NCBI GenBank assembly: GCA_963682135.1
Contig: OY821645.1
Coordinates: 1,792,001 to 1,856,000 of the forward strand
Reading direction: 5' to 3'
Length of the DNA: 64,000 bases
Source of the DNA: Methanothrix sp.
GTDB taxonomy: Archaea; Halobacteriota; Methanosarcinia; Methanotrichales; Methanotrichaceae
Shown: in pieces, positions 29,119 through 38,273 of the stretch
Numbering within the stretch: position 1 is the stretch's first letter
How the letters are laid out: each line of letters starts with the position of its first letter
Made by a program: the position numbers and the translations under genes
Notes under the pieces: model-generated
What the model was told of the DNA's origin: nothing
What the model saw: only the letters and a program-made list of their open reading frames with translations
Databases searched by the model: none

Positions 29119-29855
29119 AATACGCCCTTATTAGTTAAATAATAGTAATTTGCTCGCATCAAATCCTGTGGAGTCCCTACATCGATATGAATTCCAAGAA
29201 ATTTATAATAAAACACATCTTTCCCTTCGTTGATCAATATCTTTATAGAATCCGTGAGCTGCAGCTCTCCATTGAATCCGGCGCTTGTTTTTCTTATGGC
29301 TTCGAATATGCACTCGTTGAAGACATAAGCACCCATTGCACCAATTTTGCTTGGCGCAGTCTCAGGTGATGGCTTTTCGACCATATCCATGATCCTTTGG
29401 CCATTCATCCGAATTATTCCATATCTAGTTACATCTTCTACATCGACTGCACCCAGGGTAACATCTGCGTTATTCTTTGAATGACTAGTAACAAGATCAG
29501 AAATCAATGATTTAGGCGAAAAAAAGTTGTCACCAAGAACAACGATAAAAGGCCCATTAATTACATGCTCGCCAGCAAGAACTGCATCGGCTAGTCCTAG
29601 CCGGTGATCTTGAACAACATAGGTAAACTTCACACCAAAACGCTTTCCTGAGCCCAGATAATCAGATAATCCATGCTTATTAGGACTGACCACAATGGTT
29701 ATTTCTTCGATCCCTGCTAAGCTCATTGCTTCTACAACATGCTCAATAACTGCCTTATCACCCACAGGCAGCAATTCTTTAGGGATGGCTCTGGTAAATG
29801 GACCTAATCTCGTCCCGAGGCCGGCAGCCGGAATTAATCCGCATTTCACGTCCAT
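29115..29855 (-). CDS. Sugar-1-phosphate nucleotidyltransferase (GalU/RmlA/AglF-like)
   Basis: IPAAGLGTRLGP.T..PKELLP, LGLADAV, LGDN, EKP, GELQLTD and DVGTP. Confidence 0.92.
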   Translation of the reverse strand: MDVKCGLIPAAGLGTRLGPFTRAIPKELLPVGDKAVIEHVVEAMSLAGIEEITIVVSPNKHGLSDYLGSGKRFGVKFTYVVQDHRLGLADAVLAGEHVINGPFIVVLGDNFFSPKSLISDLVTSHSKNNADVTLGAVDVEDVTRYGIIRMNGQRIMDMVEKPSPETAPSKIGAMGAYVFNECIFEAIRKTSAGFNGELQLTDSIKILINEGKDVFYYKFLGIHIDVGTPQDLMRANYYYLTNKGVL

Positions 29856-29907
29856 CTATTGCGCATCTCTTTCCACCTAATTCAAGCTTTCGGATAAAAA
29901 TATTCTC

Positions 29908-30272
29908 TGTGTAGTCCCTAATGTCAGGATTCTTAAAAGATATAAAGATCTCAAATACTGAATACAAAGCAATTGTGGCTATCATAGATAATTTCTCATC
30001 TCATAAGAGCAAGCTCGTAAAGCAAACGGCTGAGGACCTTGATATATATTTCGTGTTTCTCCCACCGTATTCTCCTGACTTGAACCCGATTGAGTTCATT
30101 TGAAAATCTATAAAACGAGTATTATCGATATCGTTTGTATCAGATCAGGATGAGATGAGACATATCATCAAGGAATCATATTACAGGTTTGCAAAATTTA
30201 AGAGCCATGCGGATTATCGGATTGACAAATTTAAAATAATAATAATTATAAATACTTATACAAATGACTATA
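29908..30272 (+). pseudogene. IS630-family transposase 3' remnant, preceded by a 17-bp IS481-end-like sequence
   Basis: IIDNFSSH...FLPPYSPDLNPIEFI*KSIKR (TGA at the conserved Trp), ending near ...AAATGACTATA; TGTGTAGTCCCTAATGT at 29908. Confidence 0.8.
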
Positions 30273-30379
30273 ATAGCCTTGCTCGATGAGAGCATGTACT
30301 TATGCAACAATCCAATGAACCCTTGTAGTGATTCGAAAGATGGATATAGGAGATTGCGGATTTTTGAGAATGGAAAATT

Positions 30380-30682
30380 ATGAACACACGAGTTACAGGC
30401 GGCGCAGGATTTATCATCTCCAATCTGGTAGAGGAAGGCGCGAATGTCTTTGGCCTGCTGCGCCGCCGGGCAGATGGCAAAGTGCCGCATAACATGTTGC
30501 GTCTGGGCCTGGGAAAAGAAGTTCGCCTGGTGGAAGGCGGCCTGGAGAGCATATCGAGCATAGGAAGCGCCATCACCGCCCGCGAGCCGGATATTATTTT
30601 CCATCTGGCTGCCCAATCGTTTGTGCCTCGATCTTTCCAGGATCCCAATGAGACCATGTTCTGCAACTGCTGGGGATCATAA
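30380..30682 (+). pseudogene. gmd: Truncated GDP-mannose 4,6-dehydratase-like SDR (N-terminal third only)
   Basis: VTGGAGF, GLLRRR and PDIIFHLAAQSFVPRSF..P; stops at 100 aa, before the catalytic residues. Confidence 0.75.
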
Positions 30683-31761
30683 TGAAAGTAGCCATCTTCC
30701 TGGACTACATCGGAGCTATTGGTGGAGGCGAACGGGTGGCTCTGATGCTGGCCCGCGCTCTCTGTGCAGATATCATAACCACTGATGTCAGCCTGGAAGC
30801 CGTGCAAAAGCTGGGATACGAGGACGTCCGGATAAGAAGTCTTGGCAAGACTGTGAAGCTGCCGCCCTTCAAGCAGATCTCAGCTTCGCTTCTATTTGCA
30901 GCATGCGACTTTTCCCAGGAATACGATTTCTTCATATTTTCGGGAAATTGGTCGCATTACGCAGCGCGAAAACATCATCCCAACCTGTGGTACTGCTACA
31001 CGCCGGTGAGGGCCTTTTACGATCTGAGGGATGTCATGATCGCCAGGCAGCCCAATGCAGCCATGAGAATTCTGGCAGCTTCGTGGATAAGAGCGCATAG
31101 CTGGTTTGATCAGCGCTCGGTGCAAAATCTGGACCAGGTGGTCGCAATCAGCGAGACTGTGCAGCGACGCATTAAGGATTTTCACGGCATATCCTCACGG
31201 ATAATCTATCCGCCTGTGGATACCAGGAGGTTCCAATTCAAGGAGTACGGCGACTTCTGGCTTTCGGTGAACAGGATCTATCCGGAGAAGAGGATTGATC
31301 TGCAGTTTGAGGTCTTTAGAAATCTGCCGGAGGAGAGACTGGTAGTTATCGGCGGATATGCACAGGGAGATCATGCTGCCAGATACTATGAAACGCTGGC
31401 CGGGAAAATTCCCGGCAATGTCGAAATGCGCGGCGCAGTCTCCGAAGAGGAGTTGATGCGGCTGTACGCCGAATGCAGGGGATTGATATGCACTGCAGTG
31501 GACGAGGACTTCGGACTGACACCCCTGGAGGCCATGGCCAGCGGAAAGCCGGTGGTAGCGGTGAATGAGGGCGGTTTTAGGGAGACGGTGGTGCACGGCA
31601 AGACGGGAATGCTGGTGGAAGCGAACCGGGATGCGCTGGTGAGGGCGATAAAGGAGATCTCCAGAGATCCGCAGCAGTACAGGGACGCATGCGAGAAGCG
31701 TGCTGCAGAGTTCGACACGTCGATATTCCTGGAAAAGATGAAGAAAATAATGCAGACTTAA
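30682..31761 (+). CDS. GT4 glycosyltransferase (mannosyltransferase-like)
   Basis: GGGERV, YCYTPVR, IYPPVD, EKRID and EDFGLTPLEAMASGKPV. Confidence 0.9.
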   Translation: MKVAIFLDYIGAIGGGERVALMLARALCADIITTDVSLEAVQKLGYEDVRIRSLGKTVKLPPFKQISASLLFAACDFSQEYDFFIFSGNWSHYAARKHHPNLWYCYTPVRAFYDLRDVMIARQPNAAMRILAASWIRAHSWFDQRSVQNLDQVVAISETVQRRIKDFHGISSRIIYPPVDTRRFQFKEYGDFWLSVNRIYPEKRIDLQFEVFRNLPEERLVVIGGYAQGDHAARYYETLAGKIPGNVEMRGAVSEEELMRLYAECRGLICTAVDEDFGLTPLEAMASGKPVVAVNEGGFRETVVHGKTGMLVEANRDALVRAIKEISRDPQQYRDACEKRAAEFDTSIFLEKMKKIMQT

Positions 31762-31806
31762 TGCCTACTACAACACACATATTAATGTTTTTGATTGTAA
31801 AGATAT

Positions 31807-32409
31807 TTACATGCCGATTCTCGCTTTGATACGCGAAATATCCACCTCAATCTTGCCCAATTTCTCATCTAGATAGGACTTCAGGTCGGAATGGGAATCT
31901 CTGAAATCCACTGCATTCCTCTCCCTTGAATTCCTTAGTTCAGAGACGAGGGATTCTGAAGATGTTCGTATTTCATCAACAATATCAAGCCGAACATTCT
32001 CCATCTTATCGAGCATTTGGTCCTGTTTGCCAAGCATTTGTTCCTGCTTCTCTAACATGGTCTCCTGCAATTTCTTTATCCTAATAATTGATTCAATGCC
32101 CTTGCCGACCTGGAGAGATTGAATTTGGAAAGCAAATCGGGATATGCTTTCTACGCGATCTTGATAATTCTCAAAGGCTACGTCGGCGACCTTCGCGGCT
32201 TTTGGCTGCTGGGTTTTTACAGTTTCAAGGAATTCCTGGATCTGGCAATCATCTCCCTCCACAAGGATTTGCACGGATTGCTTTCCATTCGATCTAAGAT
32301 TGCGCGCCGAGAAACCTTTCAGTCCAATATTATCCGCATTGTTGAGCAGGAAATAGCGATATCCTACATTGTGGACCTTAGGACCATGAATCATGATTTT
32401 GAGTTTCAT
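31807..32409 (-). CDS. Acylphosphatase-domain protein with C-terminal coiled coil
   Basis: HGPKVHNVGYRYFL...GFSARNL...VQILVEG, then heptads MLEKQEQ/MLGKQDQ/MLDKMEN. Confidence 0.82.
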   Translation of the reverse strand: MKLKIMIHGPKVHNVGYRYFLLNNADNIGLKGFSARNLRSNGKQSVQILVEGDDCQIQEFLETVKTQQPKAAKVADVAFENYQDRVESISRFAFQIQSLQVGKGIESIIRIKKLQETMLEKQEQMLGKQDQMLDKMENVRLDIVDEIRTSSESLVSELRNSRERNAVDFRDSHSDLKSYLDEKLGKIEVDISRIKARIGM

Positions 32410-32462
32410 CCACGGGTAAGGTCTGCGCTATAAATATTAAAGGTTAATTCATCATGCAAAGG

Positions 32463-32470
32463 TTTATTAT
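32463..32470 (+). promoter_or_regulatory. Probable TATA box for the wzm-wzt operon
   Basis: GCAAAGG-TTTATTAT ~32 bp before GTG 32502 in a short divergent intergenic region. Confidence 0.4.
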
Positions 32471-32501
32471 GGTGGCAATAAATTAGCCGTCGGAAAATCA
32501 G

Positions 32502-33293
32502 GTGCATAAGTTGCTGACCGCAAATCACATTCATGATCTTTACAGGTACCGCGATCTGATTCTGCGCGTAGCCTGGAGTGACTTCAAGCTGCGCTACAAG
32601 AACTCTGCACTGGGATTCTTATGGTCTCTCTTAGACCCGCTGCTCATGCTCGTAGTCCTTTATGTCGTATTCACAAACCTCATGCGCATTCAGGTAGAGC
32701 ACTACCAGCTCTTCCTTCTGCTGGGAATAATCCTCTGGAACTTTCTGGACAGAGGAACGTCCTTAAGCATATGGGGCATTGTGGGAAAGCCAAGCCTGGT
32801 GCAAAAGGTCTACTTCCCCCGGGATATTCTCGTCATATCCACCTGCATCATGGCGCTCATGATGACGGCGCTGGAGTTCGTAGTATTCGTAATATTCATG
32901 GCCGTCTTTAGAGTTGTGCCCGGTATGACTCTGGCCTACTTTCCCCTCATATTTGCATGCCTTTTTCTCATCACCCTGGGATTGTCTCTGGCCCTGGCCG
33001 CCTTGAATGTCTACTTCAGAGATGTGCAATTCATCTGGAAAGTGATTGTGCAGATCGGCTTCTTTGCCACGCCAATTATATATCCGATCACCATATTTCC
33101 GGAGAATGTGCGCTGGATGGTAATGATCAATCCCATGGCCCAGATAATAACGATGATGCGCGACTGCGTGCTCTACCAAACGGGGCCTCAGCTTCTGAGT
33201 CTGGCCTATCTGGCCGTATGCTCTGTGCTGGTGCTTTTCGTAGGCTACCTGATCTTCGATCGACTGGAGCCCAAATTTGCCGAGGTGATCTAG
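32502..33293 (+). CDS. wzm: ABC-2 polysaccharide export permease
   Basis: DFKLRYKNSALGFLWSLL.PL, KVYFPR, FFATPIIYP and NPM. Confidence 0.93.
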   Translation: MHKLLTANHIHDLYRYRDLILRVAWSDFKLRYKNSALGFLWSLLDPLLMLVVLYVVFTNLMRIQVEHYQLFLLLGIILWNFLDRGTSLSIWGIVGKPSLVQKVYFPRDILVISTCIMALMMTALEFVVFVIFMAVFRVVPGMTLAYFPLIFACLFLITLGLSLALAALNVYFRDVQFIWKVIVQIGFFATPIIYPITIFPENVRWMVMINPMAQIITMMRDCVLYQTGPQLLSLAYLAVCSVLVLFVGYLIFDRLEPKFAEVI

Positions 33294-33294
33294 G

Positions 33295-34494
33295 ATGACG
33301 GTAGAGGTGGAGCACATCTGGAAGACCTTCCAGATCCCCCATGAGAAAAGGACCACGTTCTTTGAGAACCTGATGGGTTTGATGAGGCCCAACAATTATG
33401 AGACATTCTCCGTATTAAAGGACATCAGCTTCCAGGTGGAAGCGGGTGAATGCGTGGGCATAATCGGAGACAACGGCTCAGGCAAGAGCACGCTGCTCAA
33501 AATCATAGCCAATATTTTGCGGGCATCCAAGGGAACGGTCCGGGTTAAAGGCAAGATGACGCCCTTTTTGGAATTAGGAGTGGGCTTTCATCCCGATATG
33601 ACGGCCCGGGAAAATATTGGCGTTTATGGCACCATTATGGGTCTATCCAGAAGAGAGATCAATGAGAGGATCGATGATGTGATCGATTTTGCGGGCCTGC
33701 ACAAATTTGAGGATACGAAGCTGAAGAATCTCTCTTCCGGAATGCAGGTGCGTCTGGCCTTCTCCACCGCTATTCAGACCAATCCGGATGTTCTCTTGGT
33801 GGACGAGGTGCTGGCTGTGGGGGACATGGAGTTTCAGCAGAAGTGCTTTGATGTCTTCAACCGCTACCGCAAGGAAGGTGTGACGATTCTATTCGTCTCG
33901 CATGATCTGGGTGCCGTTAGAAGGTTTTGTGATAGGACGCTGCTCCTGGGTGGCGGCGAGCAGAGAGCGTTTGGGGAGACGGGCGAGATTCTGGACAGGT
34001 ATGTTTATGGTGAAAATGAGACGAGCCGAGAAGGCAAAGATGTGGCGGAGAAAGGGGCAGATCCTGCTGAGCCCAAACGGTGGGGCGACAAAAAGGTATC
34101 GATAACCGATGTTAAGTTCCTTGACAAATTCGGCAGGGAAAGCAGCAGATTTTCTTCCTTTGACACCATGACAATCAGGATATTCTACCGCGCACCGGCT
34201 ATTATTCGCGATCCCGTATTTGGAATTGCCCTGTACTCAGAGCAGGAGCAATATCTTTACGGCACTAATACTGAGCTGAAAAATATTGCTATCGACAAAA
34301 TTGAGGGCGACGGACATATCGATCTGTTGATAGAGACGATACCCATGCTATCCGGCCGTTTCCTGCTCACCGTGGCGGTGCACCCCCACGAAGGCAAAGC
34401 TTATGATTGGATAGATAAGCAATACTCCTTTGAAGTATTGCCAAAGGGACGGGACGCTGGAATCTTCGAGGTTCCCTGCAAATGGGTTACATAA
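33295..34494 (+). CDS. wzt: ABC polysaccharide export ATPase with C-terminal Wzt_C carbohydrate-binding domain
   Basis: GDNGSGKST, LSSGMQVRLAF, DEVLAVGD, plus a ~150-aa C-terminal beta domain. Confidence 0.93.
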   Translation: MTVEVEHIWKTFQIPHEKRTTFFENLMGLMRPNNYETFSVLKDISFQVEAGECVGIIGDNGSGKSTLLKIIANILRASKGTVRVKGKMTPFLELGVGFHPDMTARENIGVYGTIMGLSRREINERIDDVIDFAGLHKFEDTKLKNLSSGMQVRLAFSTAIQTNPDVLLVDEVLAVGDMEFQQKCFDVFNRYRKEGVTILFVSHDLGAVRRFCDRTLLLGGGEQRAFGETGEILDRYVYGENETSREGKDVAEKGADPAEPKRWGDKKVSITDVKFLDKFGRESSRFSSFDTMTIRIFYRAPAIIRDPVFGIALYSEQEQYLYGTNTELKNIAIDKIEGDGHIDLLIETIPMLSGRFLLTVAVHPHEGKAYDWIDKQYSFEVLPKGRDAGIFEVPCKWVT

Positions 34495-34500
34495 CTGAGG

Positions 34501-35874
34501 GTGTTCGTGTTGGATACATTCGAGATTCACGATGATGAGATAAATGTTGAAGAGATAATGCAGAAGATCAGGGAAAATATAAAGAGACGAAAGGAATCGG
34601 GCGCTTATCCGGATGTTGAGCCGCATATTTTTGACCAGACTGAAGAACAGGTGAGTCTCTGCCGGCAAACAAAGCAAGTTGCAGATATAAAGAAGAGCGA
34701 TTTGTTCATCTGTGAAGATGGGATGAAAAGGGATCTCGACTATATCAATTCTAACTGGGATATTCAGAATAATAGCTATTTTATCAGCTCTCATCGGCCC
34801 CATACAGGGAAGTTCCTCATAAAAGGCAGAGAGCTGGTACATGGGGAAGTCAAACGCTATGTTGATCCCATGATTTGGAAGCAAAAAGAGTTCAATGCAA
34901 GCGTAGTGAGGACCCTGAACGAGACCACGAAAAAGATATCAGAGATCTCACAGAGGACGATTGAGCTGGAAAGCACTTCCATAAAAAAAATCAGATCAGA
35001 GATTGGCGACAAGGTAGACGAGCAGATCGGTCTCGTAAGGTCTGAGATCAACAATGAGATCTCAACTCAAGTAAGAGCCATCGTGGCATCCATGAATCAA
35101 GAGATCGAGAACAAAGCATGGCTGGCAAATATACTTGATAAAAAGATTGGGGAATATCAGAATATCGAGACATCAGCGCCAATGCCGGAATTGGAGCTCA
35201 ATTATTTTCTCTTTGAGGAAAGATTTCGCGGCAGCAGAGCAGACATAAAACAACGGCAAACGGCTTTTCTGCATTACTTCGTGGGCTGCAAGAAAGTCCT
35301 GGATATAGGGTGTGGTCGCGGAGAATTCCTGGAGTTATTGCTGGAGAATGGTATCGGTGGACATGGCATAGATGTAGATGGAAATATGATAGATTTCTGC
35401 AAATCAAAAGGCTTGAATGCCGAGAAGATCGATGCCATATCTTATCTCGAAAAAATCGAGGATAAAAGCTTGGATGGTATACTCATAGATCAGGTAGTAG
35501 AACATCTGGAGCCCGATTACCTGATAAAGATGCTGCAGTTATGTTATAAAAAGCTCAATTTTGGATACCATATGCTTATTGAGACTGTGAACCCGTTATC
35601 ATTAGTATCATTTGTCAATTTTTATTTAGATATGGGCCATAAAAAACCAATTCACCCAGAAACGTTGAAGTTTTTAATGGCGTCGGTGAATTTTAGAGAG
35701 ATCGATACGAGGTTCTTTTCACCAATTCTAGATGAAATGAAGCTGAGGAAGATCAATATTGAAGGCGTTGAGGAAAATGATAAGCATTTGATGGATGTTT
35801 ATAACCACAACATCGATCTGCTAAATGATCTCCTTTATGGGGCCCAAGATTACGTAGTTATAGGGAAGAAATGA
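34501..35874 (+). CDS. Coiled-coil plus SAM methyltransferase (glycan chain-terminator-like)
   Basis: INVEEIMQKIRE; long heptad region; FEERFRGSR; LDIGCGRGEF; QVVEHL; ETVNP. Confidence 0.85.
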   Translation: MFVLDTFEIHDDEINVEEIMQKIRENIKRRKESGAYPDVEPHIFDQTEEQVSLCRQTKQVADIKKSDLFICEDGMKRDLDYINSNWDIQNNSYFISSHRPHTGKFLIKGRELVHGEVKRYVDPMIWKQKEFNASVVRTLNETTKKISEISQRTIELESTSIKKIRSEIGDKVDEQIGLVRSEINNEISTQVRAIVASMNQEIENKAWLANILDKKIGEYQNIETSAPMPELELNYFLFEERFRGSRADIKQRQTAFLHYFVGCKKVLDIGCGRGEFLELLLENGIGGHGIDVDGNMIDFCKSKGLNAEKIDAISYLEKIEDKSLDGILIDQVVEHLEPDYLIKMLQLCYKKLNFGYHMLIETVNPLSLVSFVNFYLDMGHKKPIHPETLKFLMASVNFREIDTRFFSPILDEMKLRKINIEGVEENDKHLMDVYNHNIDLLNDLLYGAQDYVVIGKK

Positions 35875-35908
35875 CCTTACACACTTATAATTTAAAGGAT
35901 TGCAAAAC

Positions 35909-38269
35909 ATGAAGATTGCCGTAGTAGGCCCCAGCCCAGTTCCTTATGCATACGGTGGAGCAGAGAGCTTATTTTGGACGCTGGCAGAGAGCATAAATGA
36001 TCTTACGGAGCACAATGCGGAACTAATAAAACTGCCGGTGAAAGAGCAAAACTTCTGGGATCTTATTGATTCATATCATAGCTTTTATCGTCTAGACCTT
36101 TCGCACTTTGACATGATCATCTCGACCAAATATCCGGCATGGATGGTGCAACATAAGAATCATATTATTTATCTTCAACATCATCTGAGAGGCTTGTTCG
36201 ATACGTATCACTTCTGCAATGAACCTGATCAAATTCCGGAAATATTAAAAAAAGAACTTGTGGAAGAGATACTCATTACTATCAAAAATCCTGAAGCAAA
36301 AATTGAGTCCGTATTCAGCATGTTGGACGAACTAAAGGGAAATAGCACATCATATGATCCAACCACTTTTAAATTTCCAGGACCGTTTATAAGAGAGATT
36401 GTACATTATTTTGATTCATATGCACTTTCTCCAAAGAGAATCCGCAAATACTTCTGTATATCTAGCAATGTGAAGACAAGAGTGGATTATTTTCCACCCG
36501 GTGTGAGTGTCGAAGCCATACCACATCCATCCAAGCTTGAGGGTTTACGAAGCAGAGAGTATGACTACATTTTCACTGCAAGCAGGATTGATGGTCCCAA
36601 AAGAATAAAAACTATGGTCGAAGCTATGAAGTATGTACCTCATGATATTCAGTTCAATATCGCAGGCACTGGACCCGATGAGATCGCGCTCAAAGAGATG
36701 GCAAAAGAGGACAATAGGATCAAATTTTTAGGCTTCGTAAATGAAAGGGACCTTGTAGATCTCTATTCTAACGCCCTTGCAGTTCTTTACATCCCCTATG
36801 ATGAAGATTATGGCCTGATCACTTTTGAGGCCATGAAGAGCAAGAAACCATTGATCACTGCATGCGATAGTGGTGGTCCCCTAGAGTTCGTGAAGGATTC
36901 CGTGACGGGATACGTAGTGCCCCCAGATCCAAAGATGCTGGCGGCGAAGATCAATCATTTTATAGAGCATCCGGAAGAGGCAAGGACGCTAGGCTCAAAG
37001 GGCTTCCAAGCTGTGCAAGATATCACATGGGAAAGGTTAGTTGCCAAATTGCTTGACACAAATATCGTTAAGCCTCATGGGAGGCCAAGAATTCTTGTTC
37101 TTTGTACTTATTCGTGTTATCCTCCGAGAGGTGGGGGACAGCACAGATTGTATAACCTGTACTCTCTATTGGCTAGAAATTTTGATGTGACGATATGCTC
37201 GATCATAGAAGCTAACAAACCATACCAGAACCTTCTCCTGGTGAATGGCATGAGGCAGATCTGCGTTCCCCAGGCAAGAGAGCATGCGCAAGCTCAGTGG
37301 GAAACAGAAAGGAAAAACGGGCTAAACCTCTACGATGTCTGCATGATAGACCTTATAGATAAGTCCAAGGACTATGTGCAAATAGCCAGGAATTTGATTG
37401 ATGAATCGGATATAATAATTTTTTCGCATCCATATCTCTTTAGATTGAGCAAGTATGTAGAGAAGAACAAGCGAATAGTTTATGAGTCACATAACATAGA
37501 ATATTTATTGAAAAAGGATTATATCCAAAACCAGGTTATTTCAGAGAAAATAAGGGAGATCGAGAAACAGGCATGCATAAAATCGGATATAATCCTCACG
37601 ACTTCAGAAGAGGATAAATCAGGCCTTGTTGACATTTATTCAGCCAATTCCAAGAAAATAATCGTGGCACCCAATGGCGTAGATACAAACAAGATCTTGT
37701 TTATAGATGATGACGAAAAGATAAAAACCAAGTCAATCGCAGGATTGCATTATAGTACCATCCTTTTCGTCGGCAGTTGGCACCCACCAAACCTGGAAGC
37801 ATTGGAGTTTATAGTCGATAAACTTGCAAAAAAGCTAGATGATTGCGTCATACTGGTTGTTGGCAGCGTGCGAGATTACTATCTTCAGAAGCATAAGGCC
37901 ATGCCAAAGAACGTTATGGCCTTAGGAACTGTCGATGAAGAGGAAAAATATGAGATTTATAAGCTGGCAGATATTGCAGTAAATCCCATGTTCTCGGGAT
38001 CTGGAACAAACCTTAAGATGCTCGACTACATGAGCGCAGGCATACCTGTAATTAGCACAGAGATCGGGGCGAGGGGATTGAGGGCCTCGGATTCCAGGCA
38101 TATGTTGATATGTGCCCCAGACCAAATTTATGAAAAAATCAGGAATCTCCAGGCAAATAAGGATTTGAGGGACAATCTGAGGAGGTCCGCAAGAGCTCAT
38201 GTAGAGGAAAGCTATTCTTGGGAAAAAATTGCGAAAAATGTCGAAGAGACATTACAAAAGCTAGTGTGA
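35909..38269 (+). CDS. Two-domain GT4 glycosyltransferase
   Basis: Two GT-B units: YGGAE...EDYGLITFEAM and GGGQHR...SGTNLKMLDYM. Confidence 0.9.
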   Translation: MKIAVVGPSPVPYAYGGAESLFWTLAESINDLTEHNAELIKLPVKEQNFWDLIDSYHSFYRLDLSHFDMIISTKYPAWMVQHKNHIIYLQHHLRGLFDTYHFCNEPDQIPEILKKELVEEILITIKNPEAKIESVFSMLDELKGNSTSYDPTTFKFPGPFIREIVHYFDSYALSPKRIRKYFCISSNVKTRVDYFPPGVSVEAIPHPSKLEGLRSREYDYIFTASRIDGPKRIKTMVEAMKYVPHDIQFNIAGTGPDEIALKEMAKEDNRIKFLGFVNERDLVDLYSNALAVLYIPYDEDYGLITFEAMKSKKPLITACDSGGPLEFVKDSVTGYVVPPDPKMLAAKINHFIEHPEEARTLGSKGFQAVQDITWERLVAKLLDTNIVKPHGRPRILVLCTYSCYPPRGGGQHRLYNLYSLLARNFDVTICSIIEANKPYQNLLLVNGMRQICVPQAREHAQAQWETERKNGLNLYDVCMIDLIDKSKDYVQIARNLIDESDIIIFSHPYLFRLSKYVEKNKRIVYESHNIEYLLKKDYIQNQVISEKIREIEKQACIKSDIILTTSEEDKSGLVDIYSANSKKIIVAPNGVDTNKILFIDDDEKIKTKSIAGLHYSTILFVGSWHPPNLEALEFIVDKLAKKLDDCVILVVGSVRDYYLQKHKAMPKNVMALGTVDEEEKYEIYKLADIAVNPMFSGSGTNLKMLDYMSAGIPVISTEIGARGLRASDSRHMLICAPDQIYEKIRNLQANKDLRDNLRRSARAHVEESYSWEKIAKNVEETLQKLV

Positions 38270-38273
38270 TACC

